A DNA stretch of 64,000 nucleotides from Chlorobiota bacterium (GCA_013152085.1 JAADHC010000054.1:10756-74755), one strand, 5' to 3'; positions 53,699 through 62,413 are shown, counted from the stretch's first letter. Notes: a model not told the origin generated them from the sequence alone. A program made the numbers and translations.

Positions 53699-53726
53699 GT
53701 GTTATTTTTATCATCAAAAGTAACAC
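53699..53726. promoter_or_regulatory. Candidate NikR operator
   Basis: GTGTTA-N16-TAACAC inverted repeat ending 1 nt before the nikR ATG; same 6-16-6 geometry as the E. coli NikR operator. Confidence 0.8.
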
Positions 53727-53727
53727 T

Positions 53728-54129
53728 ATGGCTGTTCAAAGGTTCGGGGTTTCCCTTAAAAAGGAATTACTGGAGAAACTGGATCAACTGGTAAAGGTCA
53801 GGCAGTTTCCCAGCCGGTCGCAGGCCATTGCTTATCTGATTGAAAAGGAAGGGGTGCAGGAAGACTGGTCGGATGATCAGGAAGTGGCAGGTGCCATAGT
53901 TCTGGTTTATGATCATCATAAAAGGGATGTTGCTGATGAGTCAACACGCCTGCAGCACGAAGTCCACCATCTTATCCTGTCGGTTCAACATATTCATATC
54001 AGCTATGAACGGTGTTTGGAAACGATTGCCGTAAAAGGAAAAGCATCGAAGCTGCGGGTTCTTGCCAACAGGCTGATCGGGATGAAAGGAGTGGAATATG
54101 GCGAACTGGTTATGAGCAAGTCGGTATGA
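53728..54129 (+). CDS. nikR: Nickel-responsive transcriptional regulator NikR
   Basis: RHH domain RFGVSL..SRSQAI, VYDHH, LQH, HIH..CLE. Confidence 0.95.
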   Translation: MAVQRFGVSLKKELLEKLDQLVKVRQFPSRSQAIAYLIEKEGVQEDWSDDQEVAGAIVLVYDHHKRDVADESTRLQHEVHHLILSVQHIHISYERCLETIAVKGKASKLRVLANRLIGMKGVEYGELVMSKSV

Positions 54130-54575
54130 GTGAAACAAAAGATATAGATATTTCGGGGATAACGGTGATCGGGGAGGTTGAGAGTCCGGTAAAGGAACCG
54201 CTGGGACCTGAAGCTTTTGATGGTGTACGGAGTGTAATCCGCATTTTTCCTGAATTTGAGGAGGGCTTGTTCCGGATTGAAGAAAAAAAATATATCGAGG
54301 TGATATTTTTTTTTCATAAATCGAAGGGCTATAGACTGCGATTAACAACTTATTCAGGTGAACTGAAGGGTGTTTTTGCTTCGCGAAGCCCGCACAGGCC
54401 AACAATGATCGGAGCAACGATGGTATATCTGGAAAAACGCGACGGATGTTTACTTTATGTAAAAGGTCTTGATGCCATTGACGGAACACCGGTGCTTGAT
54501 ATTAAGCCTTCCGACCGCTGTTTTTCATCTACCGAAAAAGATATTATACAAAAGGAAGCAAAAAATGAACGGTGA
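54126..54575 (+). CDS. tsaA: TsaA/TrmO-like (YaeB/AF0241) SAM-binding protein, single domain
   Basis: FFFHK, GVFASRSPHRP, GLDAIDGTPVLDIKP; ATGA overlap with nikR. Confidence 0.85.
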   Translation: MSETKDIDISGITVIGEVESPVKEPLGPEAFDGVRSVIRIFPEFEEGLFRIEEKKYIEVIFFFHKSKGYRLRLTTYSGELKGVFASRSPHRPTMIGATMVYLEKRDGCLLYVKGLDAIDGTPVLDIKPSDRCFSSTEKDIIQKEAKNER

Positions 54576-55278
54576 AATGAACATAATGATCGGTACGGCT
54601 GTAACGGTTGCCTTTTTACATACCCTGGTCGGGCCGGATCACTATCTGCCATTTATTGTTATGGGAAAGGCCCGCAACTGGTCATATTTCCGAACAACGC
54701 TGATCACTACCGGGGCAGGTTTGGCACATGTGCTTGGCTCGGTAATCCTGGGATTGGTCGGGGTGGCAGCGGGTATCGGCATACAAAAGATTACGGATGT
54801 TGATACGGTGCGTGGCAGTATTGCTGCATGGTTGTTCGTAGGCTTTGGTCTGGCATACATGGCCTGGGGAATCCGGCATGCATACCGCAAAAGGCCGCAT
54901 ACCCATATTCATCTTCATCCTGACGGAATACAGCACGAACATCAGCATACCCATACCTCGGGGCACACCCATTTTCATGATATGCCGGATCGAAAAAACA
55001 TAACGCCCTGGATTCTTTTTACCATTTTTGTTCTCGGACCTTGTGAACCACTTATCCCAATCGTAATGTATCCGGCGGCGAAGGGAAATTACCATGAGTT
55101 GATCATTACCGTGACTGTCTTTGGTGTCATAACGATTATGGCCATGCTGGGTCTCGTTCTGGGGACCCTTTTCGGCCTGAACTTTTTACCGCTGGGAAAA
55201 CTTGAACGATACAGTCATGCGCTTGCAGGATTTGCCATTCTTTTTAGTGGGGCGGGGATTCTTTTTATGGGATGGTGA
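54565..55278 (+). CDS. UreH/SodT(DsbD_2)-type nickel/cobalt permease with His-rich loop
   Basis: HTLVGPDHY, HVLGS, HTHIHLHPDGIQHEHQHTHTSGHTHFH, GPCEPL, HALAG; about six TM segments. Confidence 0.8.
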   Translation: MNGEMNIMIGTAVTVAFLHTLVGPDHYLPFIVMGKARNWSYFRTTLITTGAGLAHVLGSVILGLVGVAAGIGIQKITDVDTVRGSIAAWLFVGFGLAYMAWGIRHAYRKRPHTHIHLHPDGIQHEHQHTHTSGHTHFHDMPDRKNITPWILFTIFVLGPCEPLIPIVMYPAAKGNYHELIITVTVFGVITIMAMLGLVLGTLFGLNFLPLGKLERYSHALAGFAILFSGAGILFMGW

Positions 55279-55404
55279 GGAAGGAGGAACGATGAACGAT
55301 AAAGGTTGAAGGATTGAAGTTACCTTTGTTTTAAATGGTTGCGGTAGATTAAATAACGAAGAGCGAATGACTGGCGAACATAGTTAGCAAATGACATTCG
55401 AGCC

Positions 55405-55634
55405 CGTCTGAACAGCGGGTTACGATTTCTGCGTTAACCTGTCATTATCAGAACGTAACCGCCTGGACGCCAAGATTATTTAAAAAATGAATCCTCGCGC
55501 AACTTTGCATCATCGCGAATTCGCGGTTTCCAATCTCATAACCTTCATTATTCCCTGTCAGACTTCACCGGATGTTCTGCGGGTTTATCTTGTTTTTCTA
55601 GAAAAACAGCAATAAATCCGTAAGGCGGCGAAGT
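55405..55634. repeat. Two long imperfect REP-like hairpins (55405-55469 and 55562-55634)
   Basis: GCGGGTTACG..TTCTG/CAGAA-CGTAACCGC; ACTTC..TGCGGGTTTAT..TGTTTTTCTAGAAAAACA..ATAAATCCGTA..GAAGT. Confidence 0.6.
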
Positions 55635-55645
55635 GTAAAATAACA

Positions 55646-55695
55646 GTCATCACGCTCATATTGTCGTTCATCACGCGCATAGGTTGTTCATCACT
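55646..55695 (+). promoter_or_regulatory. Three phased direct repeats (TCATCAC), LytTR-type operator candidate
   Basis: TCATCAC at 55647, 55668 and 55688 (21/20-bp period) upstream of 55978. Confidence 0.55.
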
Positions 55696-56938
55696 TTTTT
55701 CTTGACTTTTTTAAAGAAACTTCATAATTTATTTGTGGAAAATTACATGGAATCCGGTGACGGGATGTATTGACAATGAGAGTTATCTACGTAGTAAACT
55801 ACGTAGTTCTTTGAAGTATTGAAAACAGGTATTATAATAAATTCAATGCTTTCTGCAGGTCAATAGATCCAACAGATGTAAGATATGTTTAAAACTTGAC
55901 TTTTTTCAAAAAATGACATAAATTATATTCGCCTAATGAAGGGATAAACAGGATAATACAATTAAAAAACCAATGCCATGAAAACACGAACCAACAACAG
56001 CAAACCGTGGCACAGGAAAATCCTGTCCACTGTGATTACTTCTTCCTTCTGCTTTCTTACTTCTACCTTATTTGCCCAGGCTCCCCAATCCTTCAATTAC
56101 CAGGCCGTAGCCCGCAGCAACGGAGAAGTGCTGAAAAACACAACACTGAATGTACGGCTTTCGATCCTGCAGGGTTCCGAAACCGGAACGGCAGTGTGGA
56201 CCGAAACACAGACAGTTACTACCAATGAGTTCGGTCTGTTTACTGTCGAAGCGGGGAACAGTACACCTGTGGATGTGGACTGGTCTGCCGGGCCGTATTA
56301 CCTGAAGGTTGAAACCGACCTGCTCGACGGGAACGGTTTTACGGAAATGGGTGCTGCTCAATTGCTTTCGGTACCGTATGCCATGTATGCCAAAGATGTG
56401 GCTGACAAAGATGATGCAGATGCCAGTCCGACGAATGAGATCCAGGATTTACAACTCAATGGCAATCTTCTGAGTCTGACCTTGAAAGGTTCGCCAACGG
56501 TCATTGATCTGTCGGCATATCTGGATAATACGGATGAGCAGCAGCTGAGTGTAACCGGGCATACCCTGAACATTACCGGGGGTAATGATGTACAGCTTCC
56601 CGATACGGTGAATGATGCCGACCATGATCCGGTTAATGAGATCCAGGATCTGCAGCTCAACGGGAACATGCTGACGATCACTAAAAACGGGTCAGCTACT
56701 TCGATTGATCTTTCTCCCTATCTGGCCCGGCTGGAACAAGTCCGGCAGCGATACACTTTCCTACCCCGGCAGTGTGGCCGTGGGAACGGTACAGCCCGGC
56801 GGCTCGAAACTGGCTGTGCAGGGGGATGATGTAACCAGCGACGAACCGTTATTTGAGGTAAAACGTAAGGACGGACAGACGGTATTTGCAGTGTATAACG
56901 ATTCAATCCGCATGTATGTCAATGCCAGCCCGACAGCA

Positions 56939-57360
56939 AAGGGCCGTAAGGGAGGATTTGCTATAGGCGGGTTTGATGCGTCGAAAGGCCCGGGCCCGGA
57001 CTACCTGCGCGTAACTCCTGACAGTGTACGGATCTATATTGACCCGGCGGATACAAAAGGCCGGAAAGGCGGCTTTGCCATCGGCGGATTTGGTGCCGCC
57101 AAAGGAATACCACAGGAATACCTGCGTGTTACGGATGACAGCACGCGTATATATGTGAATACGAGTGCGACCAAAGGCCCGAGAGGCGGTTTTGCCATAG
57201 GTGGCTTTGGTGCTGCCAAAGGTACAACCCAGGAGCTCCTGCGTGTAACGGACGATAGTACGCGGATATATATCAATGACCAGGCAAAGGGCAGTAAGGG
57301 AGGTTTTGCCATTGGCGGATTCGGTGCCGCCAAGGGAGCGGGGCAGGATTACTTCAATGT
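56939..57360 (+). repeat. Four about-39-aa coding repeats KGxKGGFAIGGFxAxKG...LRVTxDSxRIY
   Basis: Units start near 56939, 57056, 57173 and 57287; synonymous positions diverged. Confidence 0.9.
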
Positions 57361-57910
57361 CTCCGGTTTGTCAACGGCCGAGGTGGTGAACGGCGAAAAC
57401 CGGGTGCTGTGGTATCCGCGGAAGAATGCTTTCCTGGCAGGACGAGTATTGGTTGAAAACCCGGACAGTGTGGGGACGAATTCTTTCTCCACAGGTTATG
57501 AATCCAGAGCCAAAGGTCAGTATTCGCAGGCGATGGGCTATAAACCGGCAGCAAGGGGGGATTTTTCCACTGCCATTGGCCGTGAAGCAGTGGCTAATGG
57601 AGAAAATTCTTTTGCTTTTGGACAGTGGGCCATGGCAAAAAAGGATGAAAGTTATGCCATTGGTAAAGGATCTATTGCTGACGGATACAGGAGTTTTGCC
57701 TTTGGCAGCGCTGGGGTGGACTCTGCCGGAGCCGCCACAGGGGCAGCACATGCCGTCGGGGATTATTCGTTTGTTATCGGACAAGGCTCTGTTTCTTCCG
57801 GATATGGTTCTTTTTCGATGGGATTGGCGGATACGGCCTCCGGTAAATATTCGCTGGCTATTGGATACAAAGCCAAAGCATCTGCTTACGGGTCTGTAGC
57901 AATAGGGTAT

Positions 57911-58288
57911 CAAACCACCGCAAGCAAAAATGTTTCTATTGCCATGGGGAATCAAACAACTGCAAGCAATTATAACTCCACTGCAATGGGGGTTTTAACA
58001 AACGCAAGCGGACAGCTTTCTACAGCCATGGGGTATGAAACAACCGCAAGCGGAACTGCTTCTACAGCCATGGGGTATCAAACAACGGCAAGCGGAAAGT
58101 ATTCTACAGCCATGGGGTATAATACAACCGCAAGCGAATTATATTCTACAGCCATGGGGTGTCAAACAACTGCAAGCGGAGTTTGGTCCACAGCTATTGG
58201 GTTCAATACAATTGCAAGCGGATGGGAATCCACTGCCATTGGGTTATCAACAACTGCAAGCGGAGGAAGTTCTACAGCCATGGGAGTC
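57911..58288 (+). repeat. Nine tandem 42-bp coding repeats (14-aa YadA/Hep_Hag head motif TTASGxxSTAMGY)
   Basis: ACAACxGCAAGC..TCTACAGCCATGGGG recurs every 42 nt. Confidence 0.92.
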
Positions 58289-58882
58289 GGTACAAATGCA
58301 CAGGCTTATGGATCACTGGTTATAGGCAGGTTTAATATTGTGTCAGGTAACGCTACTGGTTGGTATTCCACAGATCCGCTATTTGTAGCAGGTAACGGTT
58401 CATCTTCAAGTAACCTAAGTAATGCTCTGACCCTTCTTAAAAATGGAAACATGACCATTGCAGGCGTGTTAACAGAAAATTCAGATATTCGGTTGAAAGA
58501 AAATATCAGGCTGGTTACAAATGTTCTGGATAAGATCCGATACATTAATCCGGTAACGTATCAATTTAAAAGTAATGGAAGTCATCCTTCCGGCAGACAA
58601 CTCGGGCTGATTGCCCAGGAAGTACAACGAACTTTACCCGAACTGGTAACACGGGACAGTAGGGGATATCTTTCGGTTAGCTATACCCGTATATCTGCGG
58701 TGTTGCTGCAGGCTATCAAAGAGCAACAAAAAATTATCGAGAAACAGGGAAAGGAAATTGAAAAGCTGAAAAAGGGAAATGCTGAGCTTGCGGCATTAAA
58801 GGACCGTATCTTGAAGCTGGAGGCAGAGATGGGAGCTGTGGCGGAGAGGTAACAGACACAGTAGATCCTTTGTTAAGACTCA

Positions 58883-59157
58883 GGAGATTGCCACGCCACC
58901 TGCGGTGGCTCGCAATGATCCGGCTATAACAAAAAAGGAAAAGAAGAGAAACGGAATAGCAAACAATATGCCGGACACTGAGTGTCCCGCGAAGCGGGAT
59001 GTATCGAAGTGTCCGGGAGTCACTGACCTCCCGGAGATGTCGCAAAGCGACAGAGGGGTGAGTACAGCAGATGCCACAAAATGTGTTCATAACCACTGCA
59101 TGACAGCGACTGAAGCTCCCCTTCGCTGCCAGGCTCCGGTGAGCGGAGCGAGTTGCA
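58883..59157. repeat. Cluster of several REP-like palindromes between convergent genes
   Basis: GAGATTGCCAC-GCCACCTGCGGTGGC-TCGCAATGA; CCGGACACT..TCCCGCGAAGCGGGA..AGTGTCCGG; TGTCGC-AAA-GCGACA; GCTCCG-GTGAG-CGGAGC. Confidence 0.75.
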
Positions 59158-59160
59158 TAT

Positions 59161-59655
59161 TTACGGACAGGAATGGCAGGTCTCTTTAAGAATTCTAAGC
59201 GGATCAGGGGAAGGGATCAGCTCCCGCATTACAAAATCCAGTGCTGCTTTCAGGTTTTTTTCAGCTTTGTTTGTCAGTCCTTCTTTAAATTCCCATGTCT
59301 CCCCTTTGATATGGAGCAGCCAGGCAGCAGGTACTGTATTGAATAATTTTCCGGCCAGGTCGAGGATAAAAGCCGGGGAAACCGCATGCATGGAAAACTC
59401 GATACGGGCTTCGGAAGGATGTACTTTACCAAAACAAAAATCCGGAATATCTTCCTGGGATGCATCACAGAAGACAACCAGGTCATAATGCCTGATTGTG
59501 TCGGCATCTTCAATATTTAACTGGTAATTTGAATCAAAGAATACGTTGTCAATGCCCTGTTCGTGGCACCAGGATTCAAGTTTTTCAACAAAAGCAATAC
59601 CCAGGCCGTCATCACGACGACCCGGGTTGCCATAACCATAAAACAAACTACGCAC
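59161..59655 (-). CDS. hoxW: Hydrogenase maturation protease (HoxW-like)
   Basis: GYGNPGRRDDGLG, VVFCDAS, SMH; directly downstream of hoxH. Confidence 0.88.
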   Translation of the reverse strand: MRSLFYGYGNPGRRDDGLGIAFVEKLESWCHEQGIDNVFFDSNYQLNIEDADTIRHYDLVVFCDASQEDIPDFCFGKVHPSEARIEFSMHAVSPAFILDLAGKLFNTVPAAWLLHIKGETWEFKEGLTNKAEKNLKAALDFVMRELIPSPDPLRILKETCHSCP

Positions 59656-61109
59656 TATGATTTTATTTTTTTATCCAACACTTTCCCATTGCTGTCCAGC
59701 AACGTGATCTTCAGGGGCATCTTTCCCAGGGCGTGTGTGGCACAACTCAGGCAGGGGTCATAAGCCCGGATGGCCACTTCGACCGCATTCAGCATTCCTT
59801 CTTTGATTTCCTCCTGGCCGGTAAGGTATTTTTTTGCCACATCCTCAACAGCACGATTCATCGGTTCGTTATTGTTGGTGGTTGAAACGATCAGGTTTGC
59901 CATAGTGATCTGATCCTGCTCACTGACCCGGTAATGGTGAAAAAGCGTTCCGCGGGGAGCTTCGATCACTCCGACGCCTTCGGGCTGTCTCTCTCCCTTC
60001 ACTACCAGATCTTCGCTCTGAAGGTCAGGATCTTCAAGTAACTGTTTGATCATCTCACCTGCATGCAATACTTCGATCAACCTTGCCCAATGCATATGCA
60101 TGGACATGTTGTTGGGTTTTCCGTTTGTGTAGGCACGGAATTTCTCAAAAGCTTTTTGCGCGCGCGGCGTAGGAATAAAGTCGCAGGTGTTCAGGCGGGC
60201 AAGCGGGCCCACGCGGTACCAGCCGGTTTGTTTTCCATACTCTTTAAGATAAGGAAATTTCATATAGGTCCAGGATCTGACTTCTTCTGCAATATAATCG
60301 AGGTAATCCTGGTAGTCAACATCATGAAGGATCACTTTGCCATTGGCGTCGACGGCACGGAGCACGCCGTGATACAAGTCCATGGCGCCGTCCTCACGTA
60401 CCAGGCTCAGGTGAGCGGATGGAAATGCGGCAAAGTTGTCAATGAATTCCTTGTTTTTTGCGTGGTATGAGGTGAAGAAATCAATCGCTTCTTCAGCCCA
60501 TTCAATCATTTTACCGGCATTGAGGGGGTCAGCCCCATTCAGAAACCGGTCACGCTCCTCGGGGGTCAGGTTTTTATTAATGCCGCCGGGTATTGCTCCG
60601 GTACCGTGTATTTTTTTCCCGGCCGTCACTTCGATGATTTCCTGGCCGAATTTGCGCATCATCACTCCTTGCACGGCCAGTTCCTTGTGCTCCATGGCTA
60701 CCCCGATGATATTCCTGACCATCGGATCGGCATCAATTCCAAAAAGCAGGTCGGGGGAAGCCAGGTGAAAAAAGTGCAGTACATGTGACTGGAATATCTG
60801 TCCGTAATGCATCAATCTCCGCATTTTTTCACCGGCCGGAGTCAGGCCTTCCCCGGTTCCGGCGCCAACAATGACATCCATGGCTTTTGCTGCAGCCAGG
60901 TGATGAGAAACCGGGCAAATACCGCACAGCCGTTGTACCAGAACAGGGGCTTCCCAGTATGGGCGTCCCTGGATAAACCGTTCGAAACCCCTGAATTCAA
61001 CGATGTGCAGACGGCTTTGTACGACATTCCTTTCATCATCCAGATGGATGGTAACTTTCCCGTGTCCTTCCACACGGGTTACCGGTTCTATGGTGATCTT
61101 TTTTGGCAT
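59655..61109 (-). CDS. hoxH: Group 3d [NiFe]-hydrogenase large subunit
   Basis: VTRVEGH, L1 RLCGICPVSH, EAPRGTLFH, L2 DPCLSCATH plus cleavable C-terminal tail. Confidence 0.93.
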   Translation of the reverse strand: MPKKITIEPVTRVEGHGKVTIHLDDERNVVQSRLHIVEFRGFERFIQGRPYWEAPVLVQRLCGICPVSHHLAAAKAMDVIVGAGTGEGLTPAGEKMRRLMHYGQIFQSHVLHFFHLASPDLLFGIDADPMVRNIIGVAMEHKELAVQGVMMRKFGQEIIEVTAGKKIHGTGAIPGGINKNLTPEERDRFLNGADPLNAGKMIEWAEEAIDFFTSYHAKNKEFIDNFAAFPSAHLSLVREDGAMDLYHGVLRAVDANGKVILHDVDYQDYLDYIAEEVRSWTYMKFPYLKEYGKQTGWYRVGPLARLNTCDFIPTPRAQKAFEKFRAYTNGKPNNMSMHMHWARLIEVLHAGEMIKQLLEDPDLQSEDLVVKGERQPEGVGVIEAPRGTLFHHYRVSEQDQITMANLIVSTTNNNEPMNRAVEDVAKKYLTGQEEIKEGMLNAVEVAIRAYDPCLSCATHALGKMPLKITLLDSNGKVLDKKIKS

Positions 61110-61125
61110 ATTCGCTCCTCAGTTT

Positions 61126-61680
61126 TTAATCGTATTTAATGACTTCATAAGGCAGCTCAACTTCTTCGCCGGTTATCAGGGCATACAGTATATCCCAGAT
61201 CAGGTCGGCACGTGGCGGGCAACCCGGCAGGAAATAATCGATCTTTACTACCTCATGACAGGGGTAAACCTTGTCCAACAACATGGGAATCTCAATATCA
61301 TTGGGAAGAATCCCTTTCTCATTTGCTTCTTCAACCGAAGGGCCGTAAAGATAGGCTTCTTCAATACATTCCTGAATGGGAATATTATTTCGCAGAGCCG
61401 GCAACCCTCCCATGATGGCACATTCGCCGAAAGAAACAAGTATATCACAATGTTTTCTGAACTCTTTGAGCACCTCAACATTGTCACTATTACATACACC
61501 TCCTTCGATAAGCCCGATATCACAATGCTTGGAAAACTTTTTAATATCATCGATCGGGGATTTATTAAATTCCACCAGCTGGATCAGATCGAGAATACGT
61601 TCATCAATATCCAGGAACGACATGTGACACCCGAAACATCCGGCCAGCGAAGTGGTGGCGATAATTTTGCGTTTACTCAT
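61126..61680 (-). CDS. hoxY: NAD-reducing hydrogenase small subunit
   Basis: SLAGCFGCHMS, FGECA, LPGCPP; short single-cluster form. Confidence 0.92.
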   Translation of the reverse strand: MSKRKIIATTSLAGCFGCHMSFLDIDERILDLIQLVEFNKSPIDDIKKFSKHCDIGLIEGGVCNSDNVEVLKEFRKHCDILVSFGECAIMGGLPALRNNIPIQECIEEAYLYGPSVEEANEKGILPNDIEIPMLLDKVYPCHEVVKIDYFLPGCPPRADLIWDILYALITGEEVELPYEVIKYD

Positions 61681-62396
61681 GACAAAACCTCCTTCCTGCG
61701 TTTATTCTCGATTTCACTACCAATGGGTTTCTTATCATATTTACGTTTCCCGATGGGAGTGGAAAATCCTATCCCCCGGTACAACAGTGCTCCGACAGGG
61801 CAGTTATCCATGGCTTTTTGGGCCTGTTCGTCGGTCATGTTTTTTCCATAGGTAGGGTCGATAATGATTTGTAAATCGTGTCCGCGATAACGGAAAGCGA
61901 AGATATGGTGTCCTTCTTCGTCAAAGATCGTGCGGATGCATCGTTTACAGAGGATACAGCGATTGTGGTCTTTAATAAGCTTCGGATTATTTGCATCAAT
62001 TTCACGATCGGGAAACTGATATGGAAACCGCGGTGCCATAACCTTCAGACGATATCCCATGGCCTGTAATTCGCAATTACCTCCTTTTTCACAGGAAGGG
62101 CAGAGATGATTTCCTTCAACCAGTAGCAATTCGACAACGGAATTACGGAAATCGTCCAGTTCTTTGGATTCGGTAACGATTTCCATTCCGCGACCAACAG
62201 GAGTTGTACACGAAGTCATCAGCCTGTCGTTGACAAATACCGTACAAATCCGGCAGGAACCTGCAGGTTTGATCCCGGGCAGGTTGCAAAGTGTCGGAAT
62301 GTAGATGCCCTGTCTGCGGGCAGCGTCAACGATATATTCGCCCTGCATGGCTTCTGTTTTTTCTCCGTTAATGGTTAATTCAATGGTGTTTTTCAT
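61677..62396 (-). CDS. hoxU: NAD-reducing hydrogenase diaphorase Fe-S subunit
   Basis: IPTLC, GSCRIC, HLCPSCEKGGNCELQ, CILCKRC, CPVGAL. Confidence 0.92.
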   Translation of the reverse strand: MKNTIELTINGEKTEAMQGEYIVDAARRQGIYIPTLCNLPGIKPAGSCRICTVFVNDRLMTSCTTPVGRGMEIVTESKELDDFRNSVVELLLVEGNHLCPSCEKGGNCELQAMGYRLKVMAPRFPYQFPDREIDANNPKLIKDHNRCILCKRCIRTIFDEEGHHIFAFRYRGHDLQIIIDPTYGKNMTDEQAQKAMDNCPVGALLYRGIGFSTPIGKRKYDKKPIGSEIENKRRKEVLS

Positions 62397-62413
62397 CGTT
62401 TGTGTTTTTTACT

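Larger units (their letters stand above)
55978..58852 (+). pseudogene. Frameshifted secreted tail-fibre/adhesin-like protein: signal peptide, QAPQSFNYQAVAR domain, GGFAIGG repeats, YadA-like head repeats, C-terminal peptidase S74 chaperone domain
   Basis: ORFs 55978..56829 and 56705..58852 overlap in different frames. Protein-like sequence switches frame at about 56725 (DLSPYL / PGWNKSGSD). SDIRLKENI..GLIAQEV..VSY S74 motif and a coiled coil at the end. Could be an assembly error. Confidence 0.8.

Noticed and set aside
55601-55612. 12-nt match (TTGCTGTTTTTC, reverse strand) to the tRNA insert at 24348-24359
   Set aside because: Too short and low in complexity to establish relatedness.
55279-55977. 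NiCo or cobalamin riboswitch
   Set aside because: The region lies downstream of the permease and I cannot find the conserved riboswitch cores; an Rfam scan would settle it.
57911-58288. CRISPR array
   Set aside because: In-frame 42-bp coding repeats with no unique spacers and no cas genes.
55978-58852. Diversity-generating retroelement target
   Set aside because: No reverse transcriptase and no TR/VR pair with adenine-specific mismatches seen in the window.
55978-58852. Prophage
   Set aside because: The only phage-like feature is the S74/fibre domain; the protein has a signal peptide and no other phage genes flank it.
59655-61109. Selenocysteine ([NiFeSe]) hydrogenase or other recoding
   Set aside because: The L2 motif is DPCLSC with ordinary Cys codons, and there is no in-frame TGA.
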